Below are positions 19,463 through 27,693 of a stretch of 61,644 bases of DNA, piece after piece. The notes below the pieces were generated by a model. It was not told the origin of the DNA, did not search any database, and saw only the letters and a program-made list of their open reading frames with translations. The position numbers and the translations under genes were made by a program. Where the stretch lies: sequence record NC_054966.1. One strand, written 5' to 3'. This DNA comes from Klebsiella phage SopranoGao. Within the stretch, counting starts at the first letter, position 1. The number at the start of each line of letters is the position of its first letter.

Positions 19463-19642
19463 TTACGGATTCTGCGCCGCGAGTAACGATTTTACCTGTT
19501 TTTCCAGCTGATCGATGCGACGCAGGGCGGCGTCCAGCTCCTCCGCGCGGACGGCGCGCTTCGGCCTGGCCTTGTCTCCACGCGAGCCGTCGAGCACTTC
19601 AACCTTTTCTTTGACCTTTTGCCATTCGCTATCGCTAACCAT
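19463..19642 (-). CDS. 59-aa coiled-coil protein, start overlapping stop of upstream gene (TAATG)
   Basis: ORF below track cutoff found by manual translation MVSDSEWQKVKEKVEVLDG... Confidence 0.35.
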   Translation of the reverse strand: MVSDSEWQKVKEKVEVLDGSRGDKARPKRAVRAEELDAALRRIDQLEKQVKSLLAAQNP

Positions 19643-21390
19643 TATGCGCCTCCCGCGATATCTTCAGGTGTGGCCGCCACAGTGACGGCGGTAATCCTCT
19701 GGTTGCCGCGCACTTCCAGCTCCAGGGTGGTGTACATCCGTTTACCGGGCAGGCGTTCAATCTCGTTGATGCGGTAGATGGTGGCGATCAGCTCACCATC
19801 GCCATAGACCGCGCAGGAGAATGACGGATCCGCGTCTTCCAGTGGCTCCAGCAGACTACCGGCGAAGGTCACAACACCCAGGGCGGCATCGGCCAGCGCG
19901 CCATCAGAGTTATCGGCATTCATCCGGACGCGGTTGCGCGCCCGAACGGCGGCATTCTTCGCCAGGCGCTCCTTGATCTGCTCGTCGCTCGATGCGTCTT
20001 CCCCTTCCACCAGGATAGCGCCCCAGTTGTAGTAGCTGGGCGAAACGAACCGCTTAGAGCGCCAGTACATTTCCGCGTATGGCTCGGATATCGCGTCCCA
20101 CTCGAAAATCTCCCGGCCGCCGCGCAGCAGGTACAGCACGCCGGTGCCAATTTCGAAGAACATGGCGCTGGCGTAGTCGGCGTATCTCTCCAGGAATGGC
20201 TGGGATCCGGACAGGTCGATGCTGATAATGCCGCGCCGCTCGATGTTGTCGCTATCCAGGTACGCGTAAGACGCAAGGTAGCGCCCGGCGAACTGCCCGG
20301 CGATAAAGCTCTCTGGCTGCATCTGCCGCCACTGGTCGCGGGTCATCAGGCTGGCGGTGGCGACGGCCGCGCCGTTCTGCGAGATCGTGACCAGCCCCTG
20401 CGGCGACGCGTAGGCAACGGAATAGCCCAGGTCAACGATGCTCGATGCCGCGATGCATGGATAGTTCACCCGGATCCGGTCCATCGTCATGTTTTCCGGG
20501 GCGGTGCCCTGGGCGACATACGGCGATCCCTTCGTCATGATGGCAACGGACGTGCCAAACACGCCCAGGCCGACGATCTCATAGTCGCAGGTCAGGATGT
20601 ACTTTTCCGGCCACGCGTGCGGGCGGTATGGCTCACTGAAATACAGCTTCTTCCCGACGAAAGCGGCCATCATGCCGTTTGGCAGGGAGGTAAGCCCCTG
20701 CAGGCCATCCGGCGGCGCGTTGTAGTCGGTGCTGGGCAGCACTTCGTTGATCGGGTTATCCGCCACCACATCCACGAAATCGGCGGCCGTCGCCTCCCGC
20801 TCTTTGATGAAATAGAGGGTGGTGACGCCGCTGCTGCTGGTCTGTGACCGGTAGATGCGCATGCGGTTGATACCGCGCCCGGCCGGCGGAGCCTGGAAGC
20901 CAGACAGGCGAACATCAAGGCCAGGACTCCACAAAAGCCCGGCTGACAATGGCGCTGGCTCTGATTCCTCGTCCAGCTCCGTTACCCAGGTGTAAGTCCA
21001 GATAACGGTGGAAGACAGATCGTCGTCAACGTCGCCAGAAACGATAGCGGTTGTCAGCGCTACAGACGGGAACGGCACCGCCAGCGGCCAGGTCTTGCCG
21101 TTGGCGATAACCTTCGGAACGCCGTCTCCGGTCACATAGAGACGATCTTCCGCCACCGGGCCAGGGGCGACGCGAACCACGCCGGGCCAGCCCAGCCACT
21201 CCCCATCGGTGGTTTTGTAGAAGGTTTTGCAGTCGAAACCGAACCGGTTGACGTAGCGCGCCCTGCGGATCGGCAGCAGCGAGCCGTCTTCCAGTTTGGT
21301 GTTCTGCGACACCTGCGCATAGTTGTTGTCCAGCAACCGGGGAATAACGCGCGGTATCTCCCCGGAAAACGCCGCTATGCGAACGCTCAT
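19642..21390 (-). CDS. 582-aa virion structural protein candidate (unknown)
   Basis: position in tail/ejection module; no recognisable motif. Confidence 0.4.
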   Translation of the reverse strand: MSVRIAAFSGEIPRVIPRLLDNNYAQVSQNTKLEDGSLLPIRRARYVNRFGFDCKTFYKTTDGEWLGWPGVVRVAPGPVAEDRLYVTGDGVPKVIANGKTWPLAVPFPSVALTTAIVSGDVDDDLSSTVIWTYTWVTELDEESEPAPLSAGLLWSPGLDVRLSGFQAPPAGRGINRMRIYRSQTSSSGVTTLYFIKEREATAADFVDVVADNPINEVLPSTDYNAPPDGLQGLTSLPNGMMAAFVGKKLYFSEPYRPHAWPEKYILTCDYEIVGLGVFGTSVAIMTKGSPYVAQGTAPENMTMDRIRVNYPCIAASSIVDLGYSVAYASPQGLVTISQNGAAVATASLMTRDQWRQMQPESFIAGQFAGRYLASYAYLDSDNIERRGIISIDLSGSQPFLERYADYASAMFFEIGTGVLYLLRGGREIFEWDAISEPYAEMYWRSKRFVSPSYYNWGAILVEGEDASSDEQIKERLAKNAAVRARNRVRMNADNSDGALADAALGVVTFAGSLLEPLEDADPSFSCAVYGDGELIATIYRINEIERLPGKRMYTTLELEVRGNQRITAVTVAATPEDIAGGA

Positions 21391-21752
21391 GAGGAGATCG
21401 CCGCGTCACTGATTACAGCAGTCACCACTGAGGGACTTGGCGTCCCGTTCTGCAGCTCGTCCATTGCGCCAGCGGTTAAACGCAGCTCGCAGAGGTCGCC
21501 AGCACTGAATTCCCGACGCTGGGAACCTTCAGCCCCACGCTGCACTGTGATGCTATCCCCTTCCCTGGCCGTCGCGCGCAGGTACTCGATGTTGCCGGAA
21601 TCATCCTCCAGCGCCAGCGGGAACCAGTCGCCGGTATTGGTCAGCACCGGGAATTTTACGCCGTGGCCTACTTTCACGCGGATCACCGTCTCGGAGTCGC
21701 TGATTGATACAGCCAGGATGCTACGGGCATTGTTGGTGAGTTTCAGGCTCAT
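21387..21752 (-). CDS. 121-aa protein (unknown, tail module)
   Basis: 4-nt overlap coupling with neighbours. Confidence 0.4.
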   Translation of the reverse strand: MSLKLTNNARSILAVSISDSETVIRVKVGHGVKFPVLTNTGDWFPLALEDDSGNIEYLRATAREGDSITVQRGAEGSQRREFSAGDLCELRLTAGAMDELQNGTPSPSVVTAVISDAAISS

Positions 21753-21754
21753 TG

Positions 21755-24634
21755 TTACCTCACGTTGTCTTCAAGCCAGCCCTGGGTTTGCACCAGGCGC
21801 TCTCTCATGGTTGTTGTGCTGATATTGCCGGGGATGCCAGCCGGGTATTTCAGCAGGTAGGCAATCGTCGCGATGATCTCGAACTGCCAGAAGCCGAACC
21901 ATTCCTGGTTGTCGTTCGCCCAGGTATGGCGCATTGCATCGGTCTGCCCTGTGCGCCAGCGGCTCTCGATGTACGTCCAGCAGCGCTCGCCAACAGCTTC
22001 CACGTTCGCCAGCTGCCCGGATGACAGCAGGCCGGACAATTTCAGCCAGAGGCAGGCGCGCAGGATAAGCGCTGGCGCGTGCGGCTCCTCATAGAGCTTC
22101 TGCGGCGCTCCTTTGCGGGGATCGTCCCAGTCAGTCGGCATACCGGCGATAGTGCCGTTCAGGTTCGGCCAGACGACGTTAATCCGCTCGATCCAGCTCA
22201 TCGCCATATCCAGCGCCAGGCCGCGAGCCGTTCCCCATGATGGCGTGCTGCGGGACAGCCAGCAGAGCTTCGCCAGGCTCTCGACTACTCGCGTCTGATA
22301 CCCCACCCAGCGGGTGTTCGGGTCATCGTTAGTGTACACCCATGTGTGCGGCGTCGGACTGCCGATGCTGATGCGTGCCGGGGTGTTCATCACGAAAGTA
22401 TGCGCGAATGGCCCGGCCGCGCCGCCGTCTGAGATCCACTTATCGCGTGCATGCTTCAGGAATAGCAGCTGTTGCTCGGCCAGCAATGCATTTTTCGTTT
22501 TGGCAACACCATTGGCACTAAAAGAAATCGGGTAGGTGATCGCTCCCGTCGCCTGGTCCGGCACCGGCATATTGACGGCCGGATTAAGGTCCGGGTGGAC
22601 TGCATCGGCATCGGCACCCAGGAACCACCACAGATCCGGCAGCTGGTAGCCGTGGAAAGGTGAGCCGTTCCAGCCGACAAACTGCTGCTTCACGGTGTCG
22701 GCGTTGATGGCAAACGGCATCGCACCGGGGAAAAATGGCATCGGGGAGCCGTGGACCGCTTTTGACAGGTTATCCCTCACCCATTGCTCACTCGCGCCGC
22801 TAACCGGGCGAAGCGCCACGATCTGAAGGCGGTACGCATCGCGCATTTCCATCGATATGCCGAAGTTCTCGAACCGCTGACCCGCCGGGAGTACGCTGTT
22901 ATCGCCGTCTTTGCGCCGGAATGACGTGCGGGGGATCAGGATATAGCTCGGCTTGTCCGGGCTGGTGGACGGTATCAGCGCCGCGTCCTGCCCAATATCA
23001 GCATACCAGCGCGTCGAGGCGTCATAATATTTGGTCGAGGACATGAAAACGTAGCAGCGCTCGCCCAGCGCCAGGTTCGGCCGCCGGGAGAGTGAAAGCG
23101 CCACGAACATAAACTGATCGGCTTCCTGGTAATCGGTCGCCTGCCGCCAGCTGTCATTGATGCCGCGCCCGATTTGCACCTGGCACACCGTGGCGGCCGC
23201 CGGAACGTCAGCGCGGATCGCCCCGTTGAAGAAGTTTCGACCGTTGGCCGCTTCTCCCATGTTCGCCGGGGTCCAGGTAAATTCGCCAGGCTTCACGGTT
23301 CCGCCGGAACCGCCTACGCGGGACCAGAAATTATAGCCGATCCAGCCAGCGTTTGCCCCAGCGCCAATAGCTCCAGGACCTGGCGGCGTCGCCTGGGGAT
23401 GGTTTGAATAGCAGAACATGCCGGACGGCTCACCCTTCGCCGGGATGGCGTCAAACTGCGGCATCGGCTTGATGATCTCGCGCAGGTCGCTGATAGCCTG
23501 CCCTTTCACCACCGTGCGCCGCATCGCGTCGCGCAGCTTCTGCCAGCGCGCCTGCATGCCGGTCCTGGTATCGACTTCCATCGCCAGAGACATCGCGTAC
23601 TCGAACCAGCGGAACGTGTCAGGCGCACAGGCTGAATAGCCTGGGTCGATTTTTGTCCAGCACGGATAGGCCTCTTCTGCCTCTCCCTGGCGGATTGTGC
23701 CCGCATTGTTGTAGCCATAGACGATGCACCAGTCGGAGACACCAGACGGCGCGCCAGCCGGGATCGTGATGACCACCGTGCTTCCGTCAAGGATCCAGTC
23801 GTCATCGGTAAGCGTGACGCTGGTATCTGCCACCGGGTGAGCGGAGTCATATGACGGGCTATATGGCGACTGGTACAGCAGATAGCTGCTGGCCGGGTAG
23901 ATCTGCCAGATACGGTAAACGTCAGCCGCACCTTTATGCCCAGGCACGTTGGCCGGGATATATAGCTTGTTGCCGTTCCTTGTGGCGCGGAAGGAGTAGT
24001 TGATGGCCTGTGACGGGATATCGCCGCGCGCGGCGAACAGCCAGTGCAGCAGCGTGATGGTGTTCTTGTCGTCGGGGATCTGCTGGCGCAGCATCGGCCC
24101 GGTTAGCGAACCGTTGCCCATCGCGTCGAGCATATTTTGGCCGTTGGCCTTATACCACTCAGCTGCGGCTTTTTCTTCGGCGTTGCCAGTCGCCAGCACT
24201 TGGCTTGCCAGCAGCGATCCCTCGATGCCGATTGACTGGCCTTCGCTGGTGCCGGAATTGTGGTGGAAATAGCCGCCGCGTCCCTCAACATTGTGGAATG
24301 CGTTAGTCATCAGACCACGCAGGATAAGCGGCCCGCCCAGTCCGTCAGTCGAACCTGCAGGAATGAGGGCTATGCCGTCAGAGTCAACGATGGTGCAATT
24401 CTGCGCCCGGTAAAGGGTGGTCATGAAGCGCTGCGCCTGTTCGCCAGGTCGCTCATCACGCACATCGACGGTGATTTGCTTCTCAACCTCTCCCGGAAGG
24501 AAAGTCAGCGTCCCACGCTGCGCGGTATAGTCATCTGGTGCCGTCGCCGTTATGTCAACGGTCACATAGTCGATCTGCACCTGCTGTGTGCTGGCCTGAG
24601 AAAGCCGCACGGTAAACACTGCTTTTCTGGTCAT
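21755..24634 (-). CDS. 959-aa receptor-binding/depolymerase candidate: N-terminal Calx-beta-like domain, C-terminal alpha-helical (alpha/alpha-barrel-like) domain
   Basis: N-term IDYVTVDITATAPDDYTAQRGTLTFLPGEVEKQITVDV Calx-beta pattern; size and location beside tailspikes. Confidence 0.45.
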   Translation of the reverse strand: MTRKAVFTVRLSQASTQQVQIDYVTVDITATAPDDYTAQRGTLTFLPGEVEKQITVDVRDERPGEQAQRFMTTLYRAQNCTIVDSDGIALIPAGSTDGLGGPLILRGLMTNAFHNVEGRGGYFHHNSGTSEGQSIGIEGSLLASQVLATGNAEEKAAAEWYKANGQNMLDAMGNGSLTGPMLRQQIPDDKNTITLLHWLFAARGDIPSQAINYSFRATRNGNKLYIPANVPGHKGAADVYRIWQIYPASSYLLYQSPYSPSYDSAHPVADTSVTLTDDDWILDGSTVVITIPAGAPSGVSDWCIVYGYNNAGTIRQGEAEEAYPCWTKIDPGYSACAPDTFRWFEYAMSLAMEVDTRTGMQARWQKLRDAMRRTVVKGQAISDLREIIKPMPQFDAIPAKGEPSGMFCYSNHPQATPPGPGAIGAGANAGWIGYNFWSRVGGSGGTVKPGEFTWTPANMGEAANGRNFFNGAIRADVPAAATVCQVQIGRGINDSWRQATDYQEADQFMFVALSLSRRPNLALGERCYVFMSSTKYYDASTRWYADIGQDAALIPSTSPDKPSYILIPRTSFRRKDGDNSVLPAGQRFENFGISMEMRDAYRLQIVALRPVSGASEQWVRDNLSKAVHGSPMPFFPGAMPFAINADTVKQQFVGWNGSPFHGYQLPDLWWFLGADADAVHPDLNPAVNMPVPDQATGAITYPISFSANGVAKTKNALLAEQQLLFLKHARDKWISDGGAAGPFAHTFVMNTPARISIGSPTPHTWVYTNDDPNTRWVGYQTRVVESLAKLCWLSRSTPSWGTARGLALDMAMSWIERINVVWPNLNGTIAGMPTDWDDPRKGAPQKLYEEPHAPALILRACLWLKLSGLLSSGQLANVEAVGERCWTYIESRWRTGQTDAMRHTWANDNQEWFGFWQFEIIATIAYLLKYPAGIPGNISTTTMRERLVQTQGWLEDNVR
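24350..24622 (-). other. Calx-beta-like domain (aa ~5-95 of 959-aa protein)
   Basis: same pattern as in 762-aa protein. Confidence 0.45.
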
Positions 24635-24653
24635 AGTCCCCGCTCCGCATACG

Positions 24654-24673
24654 AAAAAGCCCCTTTCGGGGCT
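24654..24673 (-). terminator. stem-loop AGCCCC-GAAA-GGGGCT plus T-run on minus strand between 87-aa gene and 959-aa gene
   Basis: read directly. Confidence 0.45.
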
Positions 24674-24695
24674 TTAGAGTAACATCCTTTTCAAA

Positions 24696-24959
24696 TCAGG
24701 ACGCAGGAACAGTATAGCCAATCTCATCAGCCATAGCGCGCAGATGGTATTCCACGAAACCGACCTTATCGGTAGCCCAGCCAATCGATCCTTCAAGACT
24801 GTCGGCTTTGTTCTGCGCCTGGGTCGCTTTGTATTCAGCGGACCCTGCGGCACTTGCTGCATACTGAGCTTTGCCATAGATGGCACCCAGGGTGTTCTGC
24901 AGGTTGTCCAGCGGCAGATCATCAATCGGGTCTACGGTTACTGCGGTTGCTGCTACCAT
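24696..24959 (-). CDS. 87-aa protein flanked by AT-rich promoter region and terminator
   Basis: RBS AAAGAGG 6 nt from ATG. Confidence 0.45.
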   Translation of the reverse strand: MVAATAVTVDPIDDLPLDNLQNTLGAIYGKAQYAASAAGSAEYKATQAQNKADSLEGSIGWATDKVGFVEYHLRAMADEIGYTVPAS

Positions 24960-24974
24960 ATAAAACCTCTTTAT

Positions 24975-25040
24975 GTCTATTGGTTAAGAACAATTATAAT
25001 ATACCGTAATTGAATATTTTTCCCATCAAAAACAATGACA
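24975..25040 (-). promoter_or_regulatory. AT-rich promoter-like region (TTGATG ... TATATTATAAT) driving 87-aa gene
   Basis: sigma70-like hexamers in a 430-bp low-GC island. Confidence 0.3.
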
Positions 25041-25160
25041 TTTTGCATTGAATCAATCACACACTGATGCAACTGCATTAGTCTAACTGGGAACTGCGAA
25101 TTATTTACAAATTGTGCTCATCCAGATGCCTGTAACTGCAATAATCTGCGGATAGCAGGA

Positions 25161-25319
25161 TTACTCTTTCCGAAAGGTGATCGCCAGGAGGAAGGCAGCT
25201 ACCAACATAGCAATCCAGTCGCTCTCCCCAAACAGCATTCTAAATAACTTCCCCCATACAAAAATAATAAGCACAGTACTGAATTTCCTGAGACTCCAGC
25301 CAATCAGCCATGTCTTCAT
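25161..25319 (-). CDS. 52-aa two-TM small membrane protein inside AT-rich island (moron candidate)
   Basis: MKTWLIGWSL...WIAMLVAAFLLAITF hydrophobic helices; RBS TGGGGA; overlaps 3' end of 98-aa track ORF. Confidence 0.35.
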   Translation of the reverse strand: MKTWLIGWSLRKFSTVLIIFVWGKLFRMLFGESDWIAMLVAAFLLAITFRKE

Positions 25320-25389
25320 ATTCATCCCCATGCAGCCTGACATCCTGCCATCCGTGGACGAAAATATGTCATTCAAACAGTTAGATAAC

Positions 25390-27678
25390 TTAATCAATAG
25401 CTTCAATCTCAATCGAAACCGGATACTCGTCATTAACGACGTTAGGCTGCGTACCATCTAGGTGAATATCAAAACCTTGTCTGTTCGTGACACTATACGC
25501 GTTATCAACCAGACTGCCCGCATTAGAAATGTAAATAGGCTCAAAGTTCTTATTCTTAGCCATTGAGGTTGATGTACTTGTTGCGGTGGTGCCACTTATT
25601 GTGGTGTTAGTGTTGGTAGTTACAGCTGGAACCGAATCAGTACGGGTGGTGATGCCGCCGTTATTGTCACTCGGTACATTAACAATGTACTGCTGTTGGG
25701 CGGTGCTTGATAAGTTACAACGAGTAGTTACCTTGTACCGGTGGAACGGCGGCAACCCAACGACAGAAACAACCGAGTTCTGGCCTTTAAACAACTTCCC
25801 GACCAACTTGCATTTCATTCCTGGTACATTGACTATGCTTTCGCCAGGGAGAGTTGGATGTGGAGTTGCCACACCAGCTATTATTTCAGCAATAGCTAAC
25901 CACGGACGAATTTTTAACTCGGTAACTCCAGCAGTTAATTCAAGGCTGGCTTGATGCTTATAGTTTTTACAGTTGAGCTTAACATAACCGGTCGTACCAG
26001 CCTTCTTCACAAGACGGAAAGGCTGAGTCCCCGATGTAATCGCACTTGCAGCAAAACCGTCGTATCGGAAGTTGGCTGCACCATCGACACGCGCTTTATT
26101 GGCTACGTAAATCGCTGTGCTATCGCCGCCGCCTTCCGCCCACCCCATCATGTCGATGTCGCAGTTATATAAGTTATCTGCACGCGTACCATCGCCTACA
26201 TAGATTCCGGATGAGGCTCCGACGATACCATGCTGGAAGGCGAAGTTGGAAACACGGGCGCCGTAAAAAGACAGGGTTTGATCATCAGTGGATTCGGGGT
26301 TTGAGTGGAACCAGATTCCTTTCTGTGACGTCCTTACTATGACATTGTCCACCCTGATAACTTCAGTCCAGCCTTTGTTGTTGTAAACATCTATACCCGT
26401 TCCGATGGTGTAATCCCGAATCATGGCGTCGAATACCGACCCGCCATAAAAATCTGAGAACCTGACAAACGCAGTAGCAAGCGCATTCCCAACTGCGGTG
26501 AAATTCTTAAGAATAACCGGATTAAACAGACTTTGTGCCTGCGAGTTACGTTTGAATGTAATCCCAATATTTGCCCCAGTGTGGGTTATTACCGGGCTGA
26601 CTCCTTTGGTGGCCATTCCCGGGCCTTCGATCACGAGTCCGTTAGTTCCATTGACGAACTCAAGTCCGCCAGCAAGTGTATATCCTGATGGTCCAAGCGC
26701 TGGAATCGAAAGATATCCCAGTGAGTTTTTAATACAGTACCCAACGGCCCTAGTTAAGATGTCGTCCAACCCAGCTCCGTCATACAACCCAAACTCCGTC
26801 GCACATACCTTACCGGGTTTTTTTGGGATGCGTTGCCAGTAATACTCTGTCTGACCTGTAGGCACACAAATATAACCGCCGTCATCTACAGCCGCGCCTT
26901 TTCTGGCAATAAATTCTCCGCCACCAACGGGACCGTGAGACATTGCAGCCCAACCGACAGGATGGGCGCGCAATAAAATACTTTGACCTTCATATGAAGG
27001 AACAACAGAGCGCAGAGCAGTAAATGAGTCTACCTGACCAACCTGGCTAAACCCTTTTGGTTTCGCCAGTTCAATTAATACATCTGCAGCTGAACCTGAT
27101 TCCGGAAATAACAACAGAGGATTTCCATTGTTATCAAATGCAAGAATCCGGTTCTTTCTATTTTCTGCACTAGGAAGCATCGGAATACTTGATTCAGAAA
27201 CTCTGAGCGTTTTTTGAAGCATCGCGGCCGATGGGTTTTGGCTTTCAAGCCATTCTTCCAGCGTTCCTTCGTAACCCTGCAACTTTGCCAAGGCATAGGC
27301 ACTCAGTCCTGGATCGCCTTTCAATCCTCGCGGGCCAGTTGCGACCACCAGCGACGTAACAGCCACGCCATCGCTATCAGTAACCTGAATTTCTACATCG
27401 GTGAGCGTCTGGTCGAGAATTGCGTTTTCTGGCGGATAAAGAAGGATGCTGAATTTGCGAGTGGCGGTATCCCCAGTCTCACGCCCATAGACAGTAACCT
27501 GAATTTGCTTCTGCGTATCGCCAGCTTCGAAGGTCACAGATCCGCTTGCAGCCTCGTAATCTGTTCCTGCTTTAGCGGTGCCATCTTTCGTTTCCCAAGC
27601 GACATTAACAGGCACTTCCAGTGCAGATGAAAGGCTAATGATAAACACAGCGGTAGTAGCGCCGGATAAGTTGGTCAT
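25390..27678 (-). CDS. tailspike/depolymerase: N-terminal Calx-beta-like domain plus right-handed parallel beta-helix (pectate-lyase-like)
   Basis: VNVAWETKDGTAKAGTDYEAASGSVTFEAGDTQKQIQV; beta-helix repeats NLYNCDIDMMGW..., 762 aa. Confidence 0.65.
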   Translation of the reverse strand: MTNLSGATTAVFIISLSSALEVPVNVAWETKDGTAKAGTDYEAASGSVTFEAGDTQKQIQVTVYGRETGDTATRKFSILLYPPENAILDQTLTDVEIQVTDSDGVAVTSLVVATGPRGLKGDPGLSAYALAKLQGYEGTLEEWLESQNPSAAMLQKTLRVSESSIPMLPSAENRKNRILAFDNNGNPLLLFPESGSAADVLIELAKPKGFSQVGQVDSFTALRSVVPSYEGQSILLRAHPVGWAAMSHGPVGGGEFIARKGAAVDDGGYICVPTGQTEYYWQRIPKKPGKVCATEFGLYDGAGLDDILTRAVGYCIKNSLGYLSIPALGPSGYTLAGGLEFVNGTNGLVIEGPGMATKGVSPVITHTGANIGITFKRNSQAQSLFNPVILKNFTAVGNALATAFVRFSDFYGGSVFDAMIRDYTIGTGIDVYNNKGWTEVIRVDNVIVRTSQKGIWFHSNPESTDDQTLSFYGARVSNFAFQHGIVGASSGIYVGDGTRADNLYNCDIDMMGWAEGGGDSTAIYVANKARVDGAANFRYDGFAASAITSGTQPFRLVKKAGTTGYVKLNCKNYKHQASLELTAGVTELKIRPWLAIAEIIAGVATPHPTLPGESIVNVPGMKCKLVGKLFKGQNSVVSVVGLPPFHRYKVTTRCNLSSTAQQQYIVNVPSDNNGGITTRTDSVPAVTTNTNTTISGTTATSTSTSMAKNKNFEPIYISNAGSLVDNAYSVTNRQGFDIHLDGTQPNVVNDEYPVSIEIEAID
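27379..27651 (-). other. Calx-beta-like domain (aa ~10-100 of 762-aa tailspike)
   Basis: dGtA.aG.DY...G.v.F..G...k.i.v pattern. Confidence 0.5.
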
Positions 27679-27693
27679 AATTCAAATTTCCTT

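Noticed and set aside
25177-25461. 94-aa plus-strand ORF in the AT-rich island
   Set aside because: It is antisense to the better-supported small membrane ORF and the tailspike 3' end. It has Asn/Ile/Leu-rich composition that merely reflects AT-rich DNA.
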